A stretch of 64,000 nucleotides of DNA from Azolla caroliniana (lineage: Eukaryota > Plantae > Polypodiophyta), in the NCBI GenBank assembly GCA_043228905.1, contig JBHGNT010000007.1, positions 20,894,001 to 20,958,000 on the forward strand. The letters run 5' to 3'. Positions within the stretch are counted from its first letter, which is position 1; each line of letters opens with the position of its first letter. The notes under the pieces are model-generated. The model saw only the letters and a list, made by a program, of their open reading frames with translations. It did not search any database and was not told the origin of the DNA. The position numbers and the translations under genes are program-made. This document shows, in pieces, positions 1-10,645 of this stretch.

Positions 1-2936
1 ACCGAAACGACAACGAGGAAGGTCATAACGGACGGAGGAAAGACCCCTCAACACCGAGACTGGAGACTACGGCGGTTGCGCTCAAATGCCAACATAAGAC
101 CGGAGAGAAGGGCGGTGGCCGTGAAGAGGCGTGGCCCGGAGCGAGCACATACGAAGATGAGGATGCGAGGCCCAGAACGGGCATGTACGAGAGGACCGAC
201 GGAGAGGTCGGGAGCGGCAAAGAGGAGAGAGTTGGGAACCGACCCGACCGGAAGATGAACCGGTCGATAATCCGACACGACCGGAAGACGAACCGGAGAA
301 GAGCCGGCAAGGCCGGATTTGTTCGGACAAACATGTACTGGCCGGTTACGATTACGGAAGGGAGCCGACCAAACCGGAACTCGATCGGCCGAGACCCATC
401 CGGGCGAAGGCTAAGTCGGCATGATTGGAGGTCGAGGCGAACGGGCCACAACACCCGGTGGGAGCCGGTGAGCGCGAGAGGGAGGCCAAGCGGGCATGAT
501 GACTACGGTTCCGTGGAAGACCGGAAACAAGCGGGACCCTCCCCACCTATTCTAGAGACTTTGGCAGCTGCGAATCAACGTAAGACCGGAGAGACGGCAG
601 GTGGCGGCGAGGAGTCGGAGACCGGAACGGACGAGGCTACCGGAACGAGTACCCGGTGCGTGAAGACGGACGAGCACGGCAAAGAGGGCCAAACGGAGAC
701 GGAATGGTCTACGACGACAAAGGACGAAGAGACCGACACGGAGGTCGGGTTTACGACGGACAAGGCGCGTAATACGAAGTACGCACTACGGCGTAAAATG
801 GAGCATGCACTACGGCCGGCGAAGGGCCAAGAAGCAAGCATGCAGCCGGAAGAGCGGCAACGAGTGACCGGCAACGGCGGACCGGTCGAGCCTTTGAGAG
901 GCAAGCACGCTGCAAGAGACGGAGCGGTGAGTTGCCGGGATCGGCGGATGAACGACGAAAGTGGAGGATGGTGCGCGGAGAGCAAAGAGTTATGCAGCAC
1001 CGGGGAGAGACAAAGCGGCGGCTTCTCGAAGAGCATGCAAGGCCAAGCGGGCCAAGAGGGCGCAAGTCGAGGCGAGGCGGTAACGAGAGCCTCGAGGGAC
1101 ACCGACACGGAGGTCGGGATGACAATACGCTCTACTACAAGAGAGCACGGAGAGCAAGGGAGAATGGAGGTGCGCGTAATGGGGTCACCTAAGGGCCAAA
1201 GAATGAGCGCATATTCGGGGGACAACATCGGCGCACGGGAAGAGCCTACGGAAGGCAAGCGCGGAGCGGGAAGAATCGACACACCGAGGTGTTCGGCATG
1301 CGGAGACGATAAAACCAAAGGAGGAACATACGCGGCACAAAAAGGGCGGAATCCGGAGTGCGATCGGAGAGATCGGGAGCGCACCCGGAGGACATACAAG
1401 CCTTTGCGAGGAATGCACGCGACGAGAGACGGAGCAGTGAGGTGCCGGTATCGGCGGATGATCGGCGAGCATGGAAGGCTAAGTCTTGAGAACCGGGGGG
1501 GGGTGCGTGGAGAGCAACGGGCTACGCGCCGGGAAGAGGAAGCGCGGCGTCCTGGAAGGCATGCGAGGCCAAGCGGGCCAAGAGGACGAGAGTCGGGATG
1601 AAGCGGTAACGGGAGTCCCGAAGGACACTGACATGGTGGTCGGGATGACGGTATGCTCTACGGCGAGAGAGCATAGCGAGCAAAGGAGAAGCGAGGAGCG
1701 CATAATGAGGTCGTCGAGGAACCGAAGAACAAGCGCATGTTCGGGAGACAACAAGGGCACACGGAAAGAGCCTACGGAAGGTGAGCGCGGAATGGAGGGA
1801 ATCGGCACGAGGTGTTCGAGATGAAGAGAGGATCGATCCGGAGATAGAACACAAGCGGTACGCGAGGGGCGGAATCCGGCAAGCAAACGGGGTGACCGAG
1901 GGCCTAATCGAAGGACCTACGTGGCGGACAAAGTAAGAGTGACCGGTGTCGTGTGAATCTTCACACACTATGTAAAAATAATAATAAAATAATTATTATA
2001 GATTAGATTAGTAGCTTACTATAGAAAGATGGATATACTCAAGAGCTTCAAAATGTATTTTAGTATATACAAAATAGAGAAATACATATCAAGTTATGTG
2101 AAAATAAAGTTTGAGAAGATAGGGAAATTAGGGTTTTCTTGAGAGATATGGCTTCCCTAAGATAAGGGAGTTGAGAAGGAAAAGAAAAAGAAATATAATA
2201 TGGAGAGAACTCATGAGTATAGGAAAAAAAATGGAATTATATATGGAGTTCCTCGTTGATCATATGCCTCCACTTTTTGTTGCATGGCCTCTACTTTTAG
2301 TTGCATAGCTTTTCTTTTCGTTGAATCTATTTTTAGTTGCATGGCTTTTTCTTTAGTTGCGTGCGACCGTCCACTTGACCTTTACTTTAGTCTCTTTTAC
2401 CTTTTTTTAAATAGCCACATGATCCTTTTATCCGTTTGATTTGCGTCCAACCTCGTACGGGCCGGTTCCGCCCAATCGCCGAATCCCTCGCCGGCCGGCA
2501 AGCAAAACCGGAACCGGAACCGGCCGGCAAGCAAAATGGAACCGAAACCCTAATTTCCTTACGGAATCCAAAAACCCTAATCTTCCCTACGGAAGCCATA
2601 ATACTCATATAACCATAATCTCTTATCAAAGCCAAGAACCCTAAATCTCTATGGAATCCATATCTTAGTTTCCTCTAATCTGTTATTCTAGCAATCTCCT
2701 TAAGATAAAACTTTTGTAATCTCAATCTTGGGATTGATTGTAATCTTTCTTTCCCTTTATTAATGAAATTTGTGAATCTTTATCATTTTGTATTAATTGT
2801 TTAATATAATCATACGAATTTGATATCTTCCGGTCGGAGGCCCCGAGGTCCTGCCTCAAAGTTCACGTATCCTCATCATATTTTCGCGACATCTTTGGTG
2901 AACCTGACGTGAATCGAGGCGGTAGGAGGATATCTC

Positions 2937-4052
2937 ATGGAGGCATATAGATACAAAGAACCGAAGAGATGCAAACTATACGAGTTCAATCAATGGGTAT
3001 CATCATTAAAGACCCACCAAAGTGCCATGCATGCTTTCGTTGAGTTCGAGTGTCGCTTTGCACAACTCTCGAAGCGGGATCAAAGATTAGTGGGGGTGGA
3101 AAAAGTCCTAATGTTTGTGAAGTCAATCGATCGGAAGGAAAGGAATGCCATTGGAATCCGACTTGAGGATGATGATGGTGCAAACGGCCTCACCGAGGAT
3201 TGGACGAAAGTGGAAAGAGTATGTCAATTGCACGATAAGAGGAAGACAAGATTCTTATCGGCAACAACACAATCCATGACGGATGGTGAAAGGAGGACAA
3301 AAAGCAACTACAAACTACCACCTAAAGAAGAAAACTCGAAGAGGGAAGGTTCAACAATACTCGACATAGAAGTCTTGATGGAAGAGGCGTTTGAGAACTT
3401 AAAGGCGCAAGTTGAGGCTGAAGAGAAGCTTCAAAAGGAGCAAAAATTGAAGCAAATTATGAGCGAGGAAGAAGAGGCCTCCCAACAAATGCGGATTAAT
3501 GTTACGGTTGATACAAAGGCCCAAGTTCGGTACCATGATGTAACCATGGGAGAAGACGTGGAACAAGACGCCTTCTCGTCTTGCAAAGAAACAATGGCGA
3601 AGAATGAAACAAATGAATCGAGGGTGGCAAATGCCTCTTCAAGCGAAGAAAAATGTTTCGGAACACACATCGTGTCTGAAACATCAAGTGATGAAGGTGC
3701 TAGCATGAGCAAAGCTTCCATGATCGAGGGAGATAAAAAGTGTGAGGCTGACATGATTGAGGAGATAGCCACGAAAAACGACATCGAGTCAAAGGTGGCT
3801 AAGGACCAGTCAATGACGGATGGTCGTGTCATGACTTTCTCCACATTTGTTCTAGAGACTTGGGCAGATGTGTCGGAAAGCAAACGTGAGACCCAAGAGA
3901 CGGAAGGTGGCGGCGAGGAAGTGAAGGTCAAGGCTAATACATGCGAAGAAGAAGGAGACGTTAAGCCGAAGAGGGTAGAAGACGATCATGAAGAGACTTT
4001 CCCCACAAAAGTTCTTGAGACTTGGGCATTAACCGATGTAAGACCCAAGTGA
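2937..4052 (+). CDS. gag: Gag-like protein of E2 (N-terminally shortened) with acidic repetitive tail
   Basis: 371-aa ORF sharing the block F.EFE.RFA.LS..QRLVG..KVLMFVKSIDRKER..IGI.LEDD.GANGLTEDW with E3, E4, E5 and E0. It lies directly after the PBS. Confidence 0.7.
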   Translation: MEAYRYKEPKRCKLYEFNQWVSSLKTHQSAMHAFVEFECRFAQLSKRDQRLVGVEKVLMFVKSIDRKERNAIGIRLEDDDGANGLTEDWTKVERVCQLHDKRKTRFLSATTQSMTDGERRTKSNYKLPPKEENSKREGSTILDIEVLMEEAFENLKAQVEAEEKLQKEQKLKQIMSEEEEASQQMRINVTVDTKAQVRYHDVTMGEDVEQDAFSSCKETMAKNETNESRVANASSSEEKCFGTHIVSETSSDEGASMSKASMIEGDKKCEADMIEEIATKNDIESKVAKDQSMTDGRVMTFSTFVLETWADVSESKRETQETEGGGEEVKVKANTCEEEGDVKPKRVEDDHEETFPTKVLETWALTDVRPK

Positions 4053-5386
4053 AGGACGGTGGCGGGAAAGAAACAAAGATCAACGCCAACATGAACAACC
4101 ATAAGGTGGAAGTGGCAAAGAGTAGCACGACAAAGTCAATGCCAAACTACAAAATTCCTCCACACTCGTTTGAAAGACTTGGGCATTAATAGATGTAAGA
4201 CCCAAGAGAAGGACGATGGCGGCGAGGAAGCAAGGGTTAAAGCCAATGTGTGCAACAAGGAAGTAAAGCAAAGCAAAATCACGAAAGTCCATGTGTGCGA
4301 CAAAGAGGTCAAGGAAAGCATGAAGACAAAAGCAAATGTGTGCAACAAAGAGACCAAGCAAACCTCAAAAAGTAAAGATGGGGGCCAAGTGGGCCAATCG
4401 GATACGAAAGATGTGATCACAAAATCTAACAAGGATAATACTAGCGTAGAAGTCATAGTCAATTCTAACACAAGAGTATACCAAGAAAGTGGACAAAGTG
4501 GGAAGCATACAATGTGGTCACTTAAGGACCTACAAGAGAGCATGTCGTTAAAGAATGGACCACTAAGAGTACTCAACAATAGTACTTCGATAAGGCCTTT
4601 GAAAGACATGCATGGAACAAGAAAGAATGATAAGAGAAAATTAGATGACCAAGGAGATGGTCGAGATGAAGGTGGCACATGCATAAAGAGTGAAGCATTA
4701 TGCTCTAGTGGAGCAAAGAGAGCCATGACAACCGGTTATGGAAATGCAAAGAGTAAACGAAGAATATGGTGGATCGGATGGCAATGGCGATTCGGGTACA
4801 TCAACGAAAAATTAAAGTAAACAAAAATGGCACCTCATCACAATTGGCACATACCAGTGGATGTGCAGGTTTGGTGGGGGCGAATGTCGTGTGAATCTTC
4901 ACACACTATGTAAAAAAAATAATGAAATAATTATTATAGATTAGATTAGTAGCTTACTATAGAAAGATGGATATACTCAAGAGCTTCAAAATGTATTTTA
5001 CTATATACAAAATGGAGAAATACATATCAAGTTATGTGAAAATAAAGTTTGAGAAGATAGGGAAATTAGAACTATCCCACATAGATAGGAAACTTAAGGC
5101 CCTGGCTATATAAGCACCTTGAGCTCCCTCATTTTTCATTTGTGCTAAGAGCACTTTGGCCACTTTGTCTTGATGGATGATGGTGGCCAAATTCCCTAAA
5201 ACTGGAAACCGGCCGGTAAGCAAATTCGGAAAACGGGTCTCGTAAGCAAATCCGGAAACTGACCGGTATGCAAACCGGTGTCGTAGTGTATTTCGTACAC
5301 TACGTGAAAAAGTAAAAATAATATAACCGATTTAATTACATATAAATAAATAAAATAAGAAAATCAAGATATTTATCACGTGCATA

Positions 5387-5447
5387 GGGCAAGATTTGAA
5401 CCTTGTACCTCCACGTAGCCAAACCTCAACTTTACCATTATGCTACC
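5387..5447 (-). promoter_or_regulatory. tRNA-like Pol III internal promoter (A box + B box) in the E3 5' LTR, antisense to the element
   Basis: Minus strand reads GG-TAGCATAATGG-(32 nt)-GGTTCAAATC-TTGCCC, then T-runs. It matches TRGYNNARYGG and GGTTCRANNC at tRNA spacing. Copies at 8247-8307 (-), 44557-44617 (+) and 47017-47077 (+). Confidence 0.65.
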
Positions 5448-6076
5448 TTATCTTTACTGTTCTATAAATAGATTTAATAACTATAATTGCTTTATTTGCG
5501 CCTACCTTTATTAAAAGGTAAATCATGCATTTTTAGAGTGCGTGAATATTTTATAGAAAAACGCAAGCAACTAAAAAGTGACTCATGCACATCTAGCGTG
5601 CATGAGCACTATATTTAGCAAATAAAAGCAAGGATTAGAAAAGCATCACATGCACATTTAGTGTGCATGAACATATTAGAAAAAGCATGTAGCTATGCTT
5701 AGTCTCTCCCATCACTATATAAGGACGGGGAGCACATTGTAGTTTTTGTTGATTATTTTTCTATAATGATCAATCAATCTAAAATATTCGTGGGATTCAC
5801 GAATTTGCTAAAATAATTCTCTCTTACTACCTAAATATTGACTAAATATACTAAACTCGTGGGATTCACGAATGTTGCCATCAAAAATTACTCTTATAAT
5901 CTAAATATTGTTTTAAAATACACTAAACTCGTGGGATTCACGAGATTACTATCTTACTTCTCTTCCTATTATTCATAACTAGCCTTAAGTTGTATTCCTC
6001 TTCCTCCTAGTCCAAAACCTCGGCGGTTCCCACCCGACTCACGCAAACGATCCGGAGCCGAAAGGCACGACACAGT

Positions 6077-6094
6077 TGGTGAACCCGACGTGAA
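6077..6094 (+). other. Primer binding site complementary to the 3' end of plant tRNA-Trp
   Basis: Reverse complement TTCACGTCGGGTTCACCA matches the plant cytosolic tRNA-Trp 3' end as I recall it. It is 4 nt from the LTR. Equivalent sites at 2896-2917, 46336-46353 (-) and 54288-54305 (-). Confidence 0.85.
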
Positions 6095-7367
6095 GGTGGG
6101 TGGCAAGGAGATGGAGAATCAACAAGAGGCAATGAGCATAACGATGATGATGATGTTCGAGCGGATGCTACAAGAACAACGAGCGATGTCGGAGATCACG
6201 GGGGCAGTAAAGCGGCTCGTACAACGAAATGGACAATTCAACGGAAACGATGTGTCATGCTATCTACGTGACTACAAGGCGGAGATGATACGATGTGGGA
6301 TACCGGAAGGATTGCAAGTGACATCCTTCAATCAGGTGGCCACGGATGAGCTACAAGAGAGAATCCACAAGATACGGCAACAAAACTCGACATGGGGGTC
6401 ATTCGAAGAAGCTTTACGAGAGGCATATGATTACAAGAGATCAAAGGGACAAGGTCGGCGAAAATTCGACGAATGGGTGGCATCGGAGAAGACCCACCGA
6501 AGTGCAACACAAGCATTCCTAGAGTTCGAGCATCGTTTTGCTCGACTCTCGGAGCAGGAACAACGATTGGTGGGGGAGGATAAAGTCCTAATGTTCGTAA
6601 AATCGATCGATCGAAAAGAAAGGATGGACATCGGGATCGAACTCGAAGACGATGAAGGTGCGAACGGTCTTACCGAGGATTGGGCCAAAGTCCAAAGGGT
6701 ATGCCGGAGACATGATGAGAGGAAGATGAGAATCTTGTCAACGACATGGCCGATGAAGGATGGTCGATTGAAGACAAACGATGGAGCCGATATGAAGGCC
6801 GAAATACAACATGATGGTGCGACGGAAGAGGGTGTAAAACAAGCTACCCTCTTGTCTTGCGAAAGAACGACGGCGAAGGATAAGGCCGATAACCCAAGTG
6901 TAGAAGAAGATTTCGGAATACAAGTGTCCGAAACATCAGGTGAAAAAGGGGTAAGCATAATTGATGTTTCCATAATTGATGCAGTGAAAGAGAGCAAGGA
7001 GGACTTGATTGAGGAGGTCACCACGAAAGATGACATCGAATCGAAGGTGGCTATGGACGAATCAACGACGGATGGCCATATCGAGACTTCCCCACCACTG
7101 ATTCCAGAGACTCCGGCGGTTGCGTTCGAAAGGCAATGTGAGACCGAAGAGACGGAAGGTGGCGGAGAGAAAACAAAGGTCGAAGTCGGTGCATACGACA
7201 GAGAGATAGCCAAGAATATGGCTATGGGTGAAACAATGGAGGATGATAATACCGAGGATTCCTACCCACTAATTCTAGAGACTTCGGCAGTTGTGTCCGA
7301 GAACCAACGTGAGACCGGAGAGACGGGAGGTGGCAGCAAGAAAGGTAAAGTCGGAAGCCGGTTTTGA
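6090..7367 (+). CDS. gag: Intact Gag-like protein of E3 with acidic repeat tail
   Basis: Uninterrupted 425-codon ORF (first ATG at 6111). Contains GQFNGNDVSCYLRDY.AEM and KVLMFVKSID...GLTEDW blocks homologous to the E0 ORF that precedes a protease. Confidence 0.8.
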   Translation: MKVGGKEMENQQEAMSITMMMMFERMLQEQRAMSEITGAVKRLVQRNGQFNGNDVSCYLRDYKAEMIRCGIPEGLQVTSFNQVATDELQERIHKIRQQNSTWGSFEEALREAYDYKRSKGQGRRKFDEWVASEKTHRSATQAFLEFEHRFARLSEQEQRLVGEDKVLMFVKSIDRKERMDIGIELEDDEGANGLTEDWAKVQRVCRRHDERKMRILSTTWPMKDGRLKTNDGADMKAEIQHDGATEEGVKQATLLSCERTTAKDKADNPSVEEDFGIQVSETSGEKGVSIIDVSIIDAVKESKEDLIEEVTTKDDIESKVAMDESTTDGHIETSPPLIPETPAVAFERQCETEETEGGGEKTKVEVGAYDREIAKNMAMGETMEDDNTEDSYPLILETSAVVSENQRETGETGGGSKKGKVGSRF

Positions 7368-10126
7368 TGGAAGGTGATCCGGACGGGATTCCGATTCGAA
7401 AGAAAGCCGAAACGGGTAAAAGAGGATTCGACTGAAAGTCGACCCGAAAGAAAGCCGAACCGAAAGGAAGAGAATTCGGCCGAAAGACGACACAAACGAA
7501 AGCTGAATCGGGCGAATGAGGATTCGGCCGAAAGACGACCCGAAAGAAAGCCGACCCGAAAAGGGGTCGACTCGGTCAAAACCGATCGACCGAGTCTGAC
7601 TTGGCCGAACGCGAATATGGATGGAAGCCGACCTAGCTGAAAGCCGATCGGACGAGACCGATCCGGAAAGAAGCTAATCCGACTCAATCGGAGGTTGGAC
7701 CAGTCGAGGCTGGTGAAAACGAGGAAAAGAAAGCCAACCGAAACCGAAACCGATAGATCGAAACCGGGCCGGAAGGAGACCGACTCAATCGAAACCAAAC
7801 AACCGATTCCGATTCGGTCGAATACGAATCCGATCGGAAGCCGATCAAACTGAAAGTCGATCGGACGAGAGCGATCCGGAAAAAAGTCAAGGTTGATGAA
7901 GACAAGAAAGAGGCCAGTAAAAGACCCTACCACGAATGACAAGGGCCAAGAATATGACGAGAGAGAACAAAGAATATGGTGGATCGGATGGCGACAATGG
8001 TTCGGGTGGAAAGAATGGGTCTCCTCAAAATGGAGAGACAAAGTTGACATAGCGGGACAAACGGAGGATGAAGGGGAGACAACGAGCATCGGCAACTTCG
8101 GCACATACCGGAGGATGTGCGGGTTCGGAGGGGGCGAGTGTCGTAGTGTATTTCGTACACTACGTGAAAAAGTAAAAATAATATAACCGATTTAATTACA
8201 TATAAATAAATAAAATAAGAAAATCAAGATATTTATCACGTGCATAGGGCAAGATTTGAACCTTGTACCTCCACATAGCCAAACCTTAACTTTACCATTA
8301 TGCTACCTTATCTTTAGTGTTCTATAAATAGATTTAATAACTATAATTGCTTTATTTGCGCCTACCTTTATTAAAAGGTAAATCATGCATTTTTAGAGTG
8401 CGTGAATATTTTATAGAAAAACGCAAGCAACTAAAAAGTGACTCATGCACATCTAGCGTGCATGAGCACTATATTTAGCAAATAAAAGCAAGGATTAGAA
8501 AAGCATCACACGCACATTTAGTGTGCATGAACATATTAGAAAAAGCATGTAGCTATGCTTAGTCTCTCCCATCACTATATAAGGACGGGGAGCACATTGT
8601 AGTTTTTGTTGATTATTTTTCTATAATGATCAATCAATCTAAAATATTCGTGGGATTCACGAATTTGCTAAAATAATTCTCTCTTACTACCTAAATATTG
8701 ACTAAATATACTAAACTCGTGGGATTCACGAATGTTGCCATCAAAAATTACTCTTATAATCTAAATATTGTTTTAAAATACACTAAACTCGTGGGATTCA
8801 CGAGATTACTATCTTACTTCTCTTCCTATTATTCATAACTAGCCTTAAGTTGTATTCCTCTTCCTCCTAGTCCAAAACCTCGGCGGTTCCCACCCGACTC
8901 ACGCAAACGATCCGGAGCCGAAAGGCACGACACCGGAAATAGGCCGGTAAGCAAAACCGGAACTGGAAACCGCGGTATGCAAAACCGGAACCGGAACTGG
9001 CAAGCAAACCGGAATTGGAACCGGCAAGCAAAACCGGAACCGGAATCGGCAAGCAAACTGGAACCGGCTGACAAGCAAAATTGGAACTGGCTGACAAGCA
9101 AAATGGAACCGACCGGCGAGGGATTCGGCGATCGGGCGGAACCGGCCCATACGAGGTTGGACGCAAATCGAACGGATAAAAGGATCATTTGGCTATTTAA
9201 AGAAAGGTAAAAGAGACTAAAGTAAAGGTCAAGTGGACGGTCGCATGCAACTAAAAATAGATTCAACAAAAAGAAAAGCTATGCAACTAAAAGTAGAGGC
9301 CATGCAACAAAAAGTGGAGGCATATGACCAACGAGGAACTCCATATATAATTCCATTTTTTTTCCTATACTCATGAGCTCTCTCCATATTATATTTCTTT
9401 TTCTTTTCCTTCTCAACTCCCTTATCTTAGGGAAGCCATATCTTTCAAAAAAATCCTAATTTCCTTACGGAATCCAAAAACCCTAATCTTCCCTACGGAA
9501 GCCATAATACTCATATAACCATAATCTCTTATCAAAGCCAAGAACCCTAAATCTCTATGGAATCCATATCTTAGTTTCCTCTAATCTATTATTCTAACAA
9601 TCTCCTTAAGATAAAACTTTTGTAATCTCAATCTTGGGATTGATTGTAATCTTTCTTTCCCTTTATTAATGAAATTTGTGAATCTTTATCATTTTGTATT
9701 AATTGTTTAATATAATCATACGAATCTGATATCTTCCGGTCGGAGGCCCCGGGGTCCTGCCTCAAAGTTCACGTATCCTCATCGTATTTTCGCGACACCG
9801 GATCGGCAATGGCGTTCGGGAGGACCGACCGGGAGGAAGGCGCATGCGGTGGATATGGCGGTTCGGATGGAGTCAATGTTTTGGGGACACACAGTGGACG
9901 TGGTGGATCGGTTGGAGCTGTTAGCTCGAGGACGTGCGACGGATACGGTGGAATGGGATGCTACGATGGTTCGTGTGGAAGGGACGGGCATGCTCGAAAT
10001 GGAAACGAAGCCGAGCAAGGTCAACGAGGACACGGCGGACCTCGGTTTTATCGCCATGGCTGAAAAATCTCGCCTCTTCTCCTTTCTTGGCACATACCGG
10101 TGGATGTGCGGTTTGGTGGGGGCAGA

Positions 10127-10645
10127 TGTCGTGAAGATTTTCGTCCATAGGCGGAAACCGGGGTGGAATAGGCAAATCGGTGGTGTGCACCATGTGCACA
10201 TGTATACTAGGAAATGGTGTATAGAAATAAGAGGGGAAATTCTATCCCACATTGTAAGGTCCCTCCCTCCTTGGGCTATAAAAGGAAGGGAGGGGTCACT
10301 TATGAGGGGTTGCCTATTTTGAGGGAGAGAGGCATACCACTTAGGTCGAGGGTTTCCTATTCAGTTTTAGGGTTTCAGTTAGGGTTTTCTTCTTGGGTTT
10401 TCCTTTAGGGTTTTTCTCATAGTCATTGGTGCGGCCATGGCGGCCACCATTGTAAAGCATTTATGTTTCCTTAAGCTAACTTGTTGAGCATCTTGCCCCA
10501 TCTATTCTATGTTATTGTCTTATTCTTTCTCACCTCCTCTTGAGCTAAGTTTCCATTTTGTGTCTTATTCTTTCTCCTCTACTCCTTAGTCCAAGACCCC
10601 CGTGGTCCCGCCCCCTTCCACACGCATGCGCGTAACAACGCGACA
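10127..10645 (+). repeat. 3' LTR of E1
   Basis: TG...CA ends with TGTCG/CGACA inverted termini; TATA-like CTATAAAA near 10277; homologous to the reverse complement of 50447-51199. Confidence 0.85.

Larger units (their letters stand above)
5279..8932 (+). mobile_element. E3: young non-autonomous gag-only LTR retrotransposon (3.65 kb), tRNA-Trp PBS, 4-bp TSD CCGG
   Basis: Two 794-bp LTRs (5279-6072, 8139-8932) with only about 4 differences by eye. CCGG at 5275-5278 and 8933-8936. PBS TGGTGAACCCGACGTGAA at 6077-6094. PPT GGAGGGGGCGAG immediately before 8139. Confidence 0.95.
1947..9797 (+). mobile_element. E2: non-autonomous gag-only LTR retrotransposon, tRNA-Trp PBS, 4-bp TSD CCGG; 3' LTR interrupted by E3
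   Basis: 5' LTR 1947-2891; 3' LTR 4885-5278 plus 8937-9797. CCGG at 1943-1946 and 9798-9801. PBS TGGTGAACCTGACGTGAATCGA at 2896-2917. No RT, RNase H or integrase motifs between the LTRs. Confidence 0.9.
1..10645 (+). mobile_element. E1: gypsy-type LTR element of the Trp-primed clade, 5' end outside the window; interrupted by E2
   Basis: 3' LTR 10127-10645 (TGTCG...CGACA), preceded by the clade's GCACAT-N8-ATGTGC hairpin and GGTGGGGGCAGA PPT, and followed by CCGG. The LTR start and end match the E5 LTR. Internal sequence 1-1946 and 9802-10126 is GA-rich with a ~510-bp internal duplication (891 vs 1401) and no pol motifs. Confidence 0.85.

Noticed and set aside
183-1601. 472-aa ORF as a host gene
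   Set aside because: Low-complexity R/G/E-rich frame in the repetitive interior of E1, with no recognisable domain.
5387-5447. Genuine tRNA gene
   Set aside because: No convincing acceptor stem or anticodon arm; only the A/B boxes and a T-arm-like stem are present.
5780-5945. Palindromic repeats with spacers resembling a CRISPR array
   Set aside because: Only three cores, the spacers in E3 resemble each other, they lie inside eukaryotic LTRs, and there are no cas genes.
6431-8104. Long antisense ORFs (also 575-1399, 3431-3931, 45103-45699, 52966-54000) as a conserved antisense gene
   Set aside because: Ser/Phe-rich mirrors of GA-rich sense sequence, where antisense stops are rare; start and end points differ between copies.
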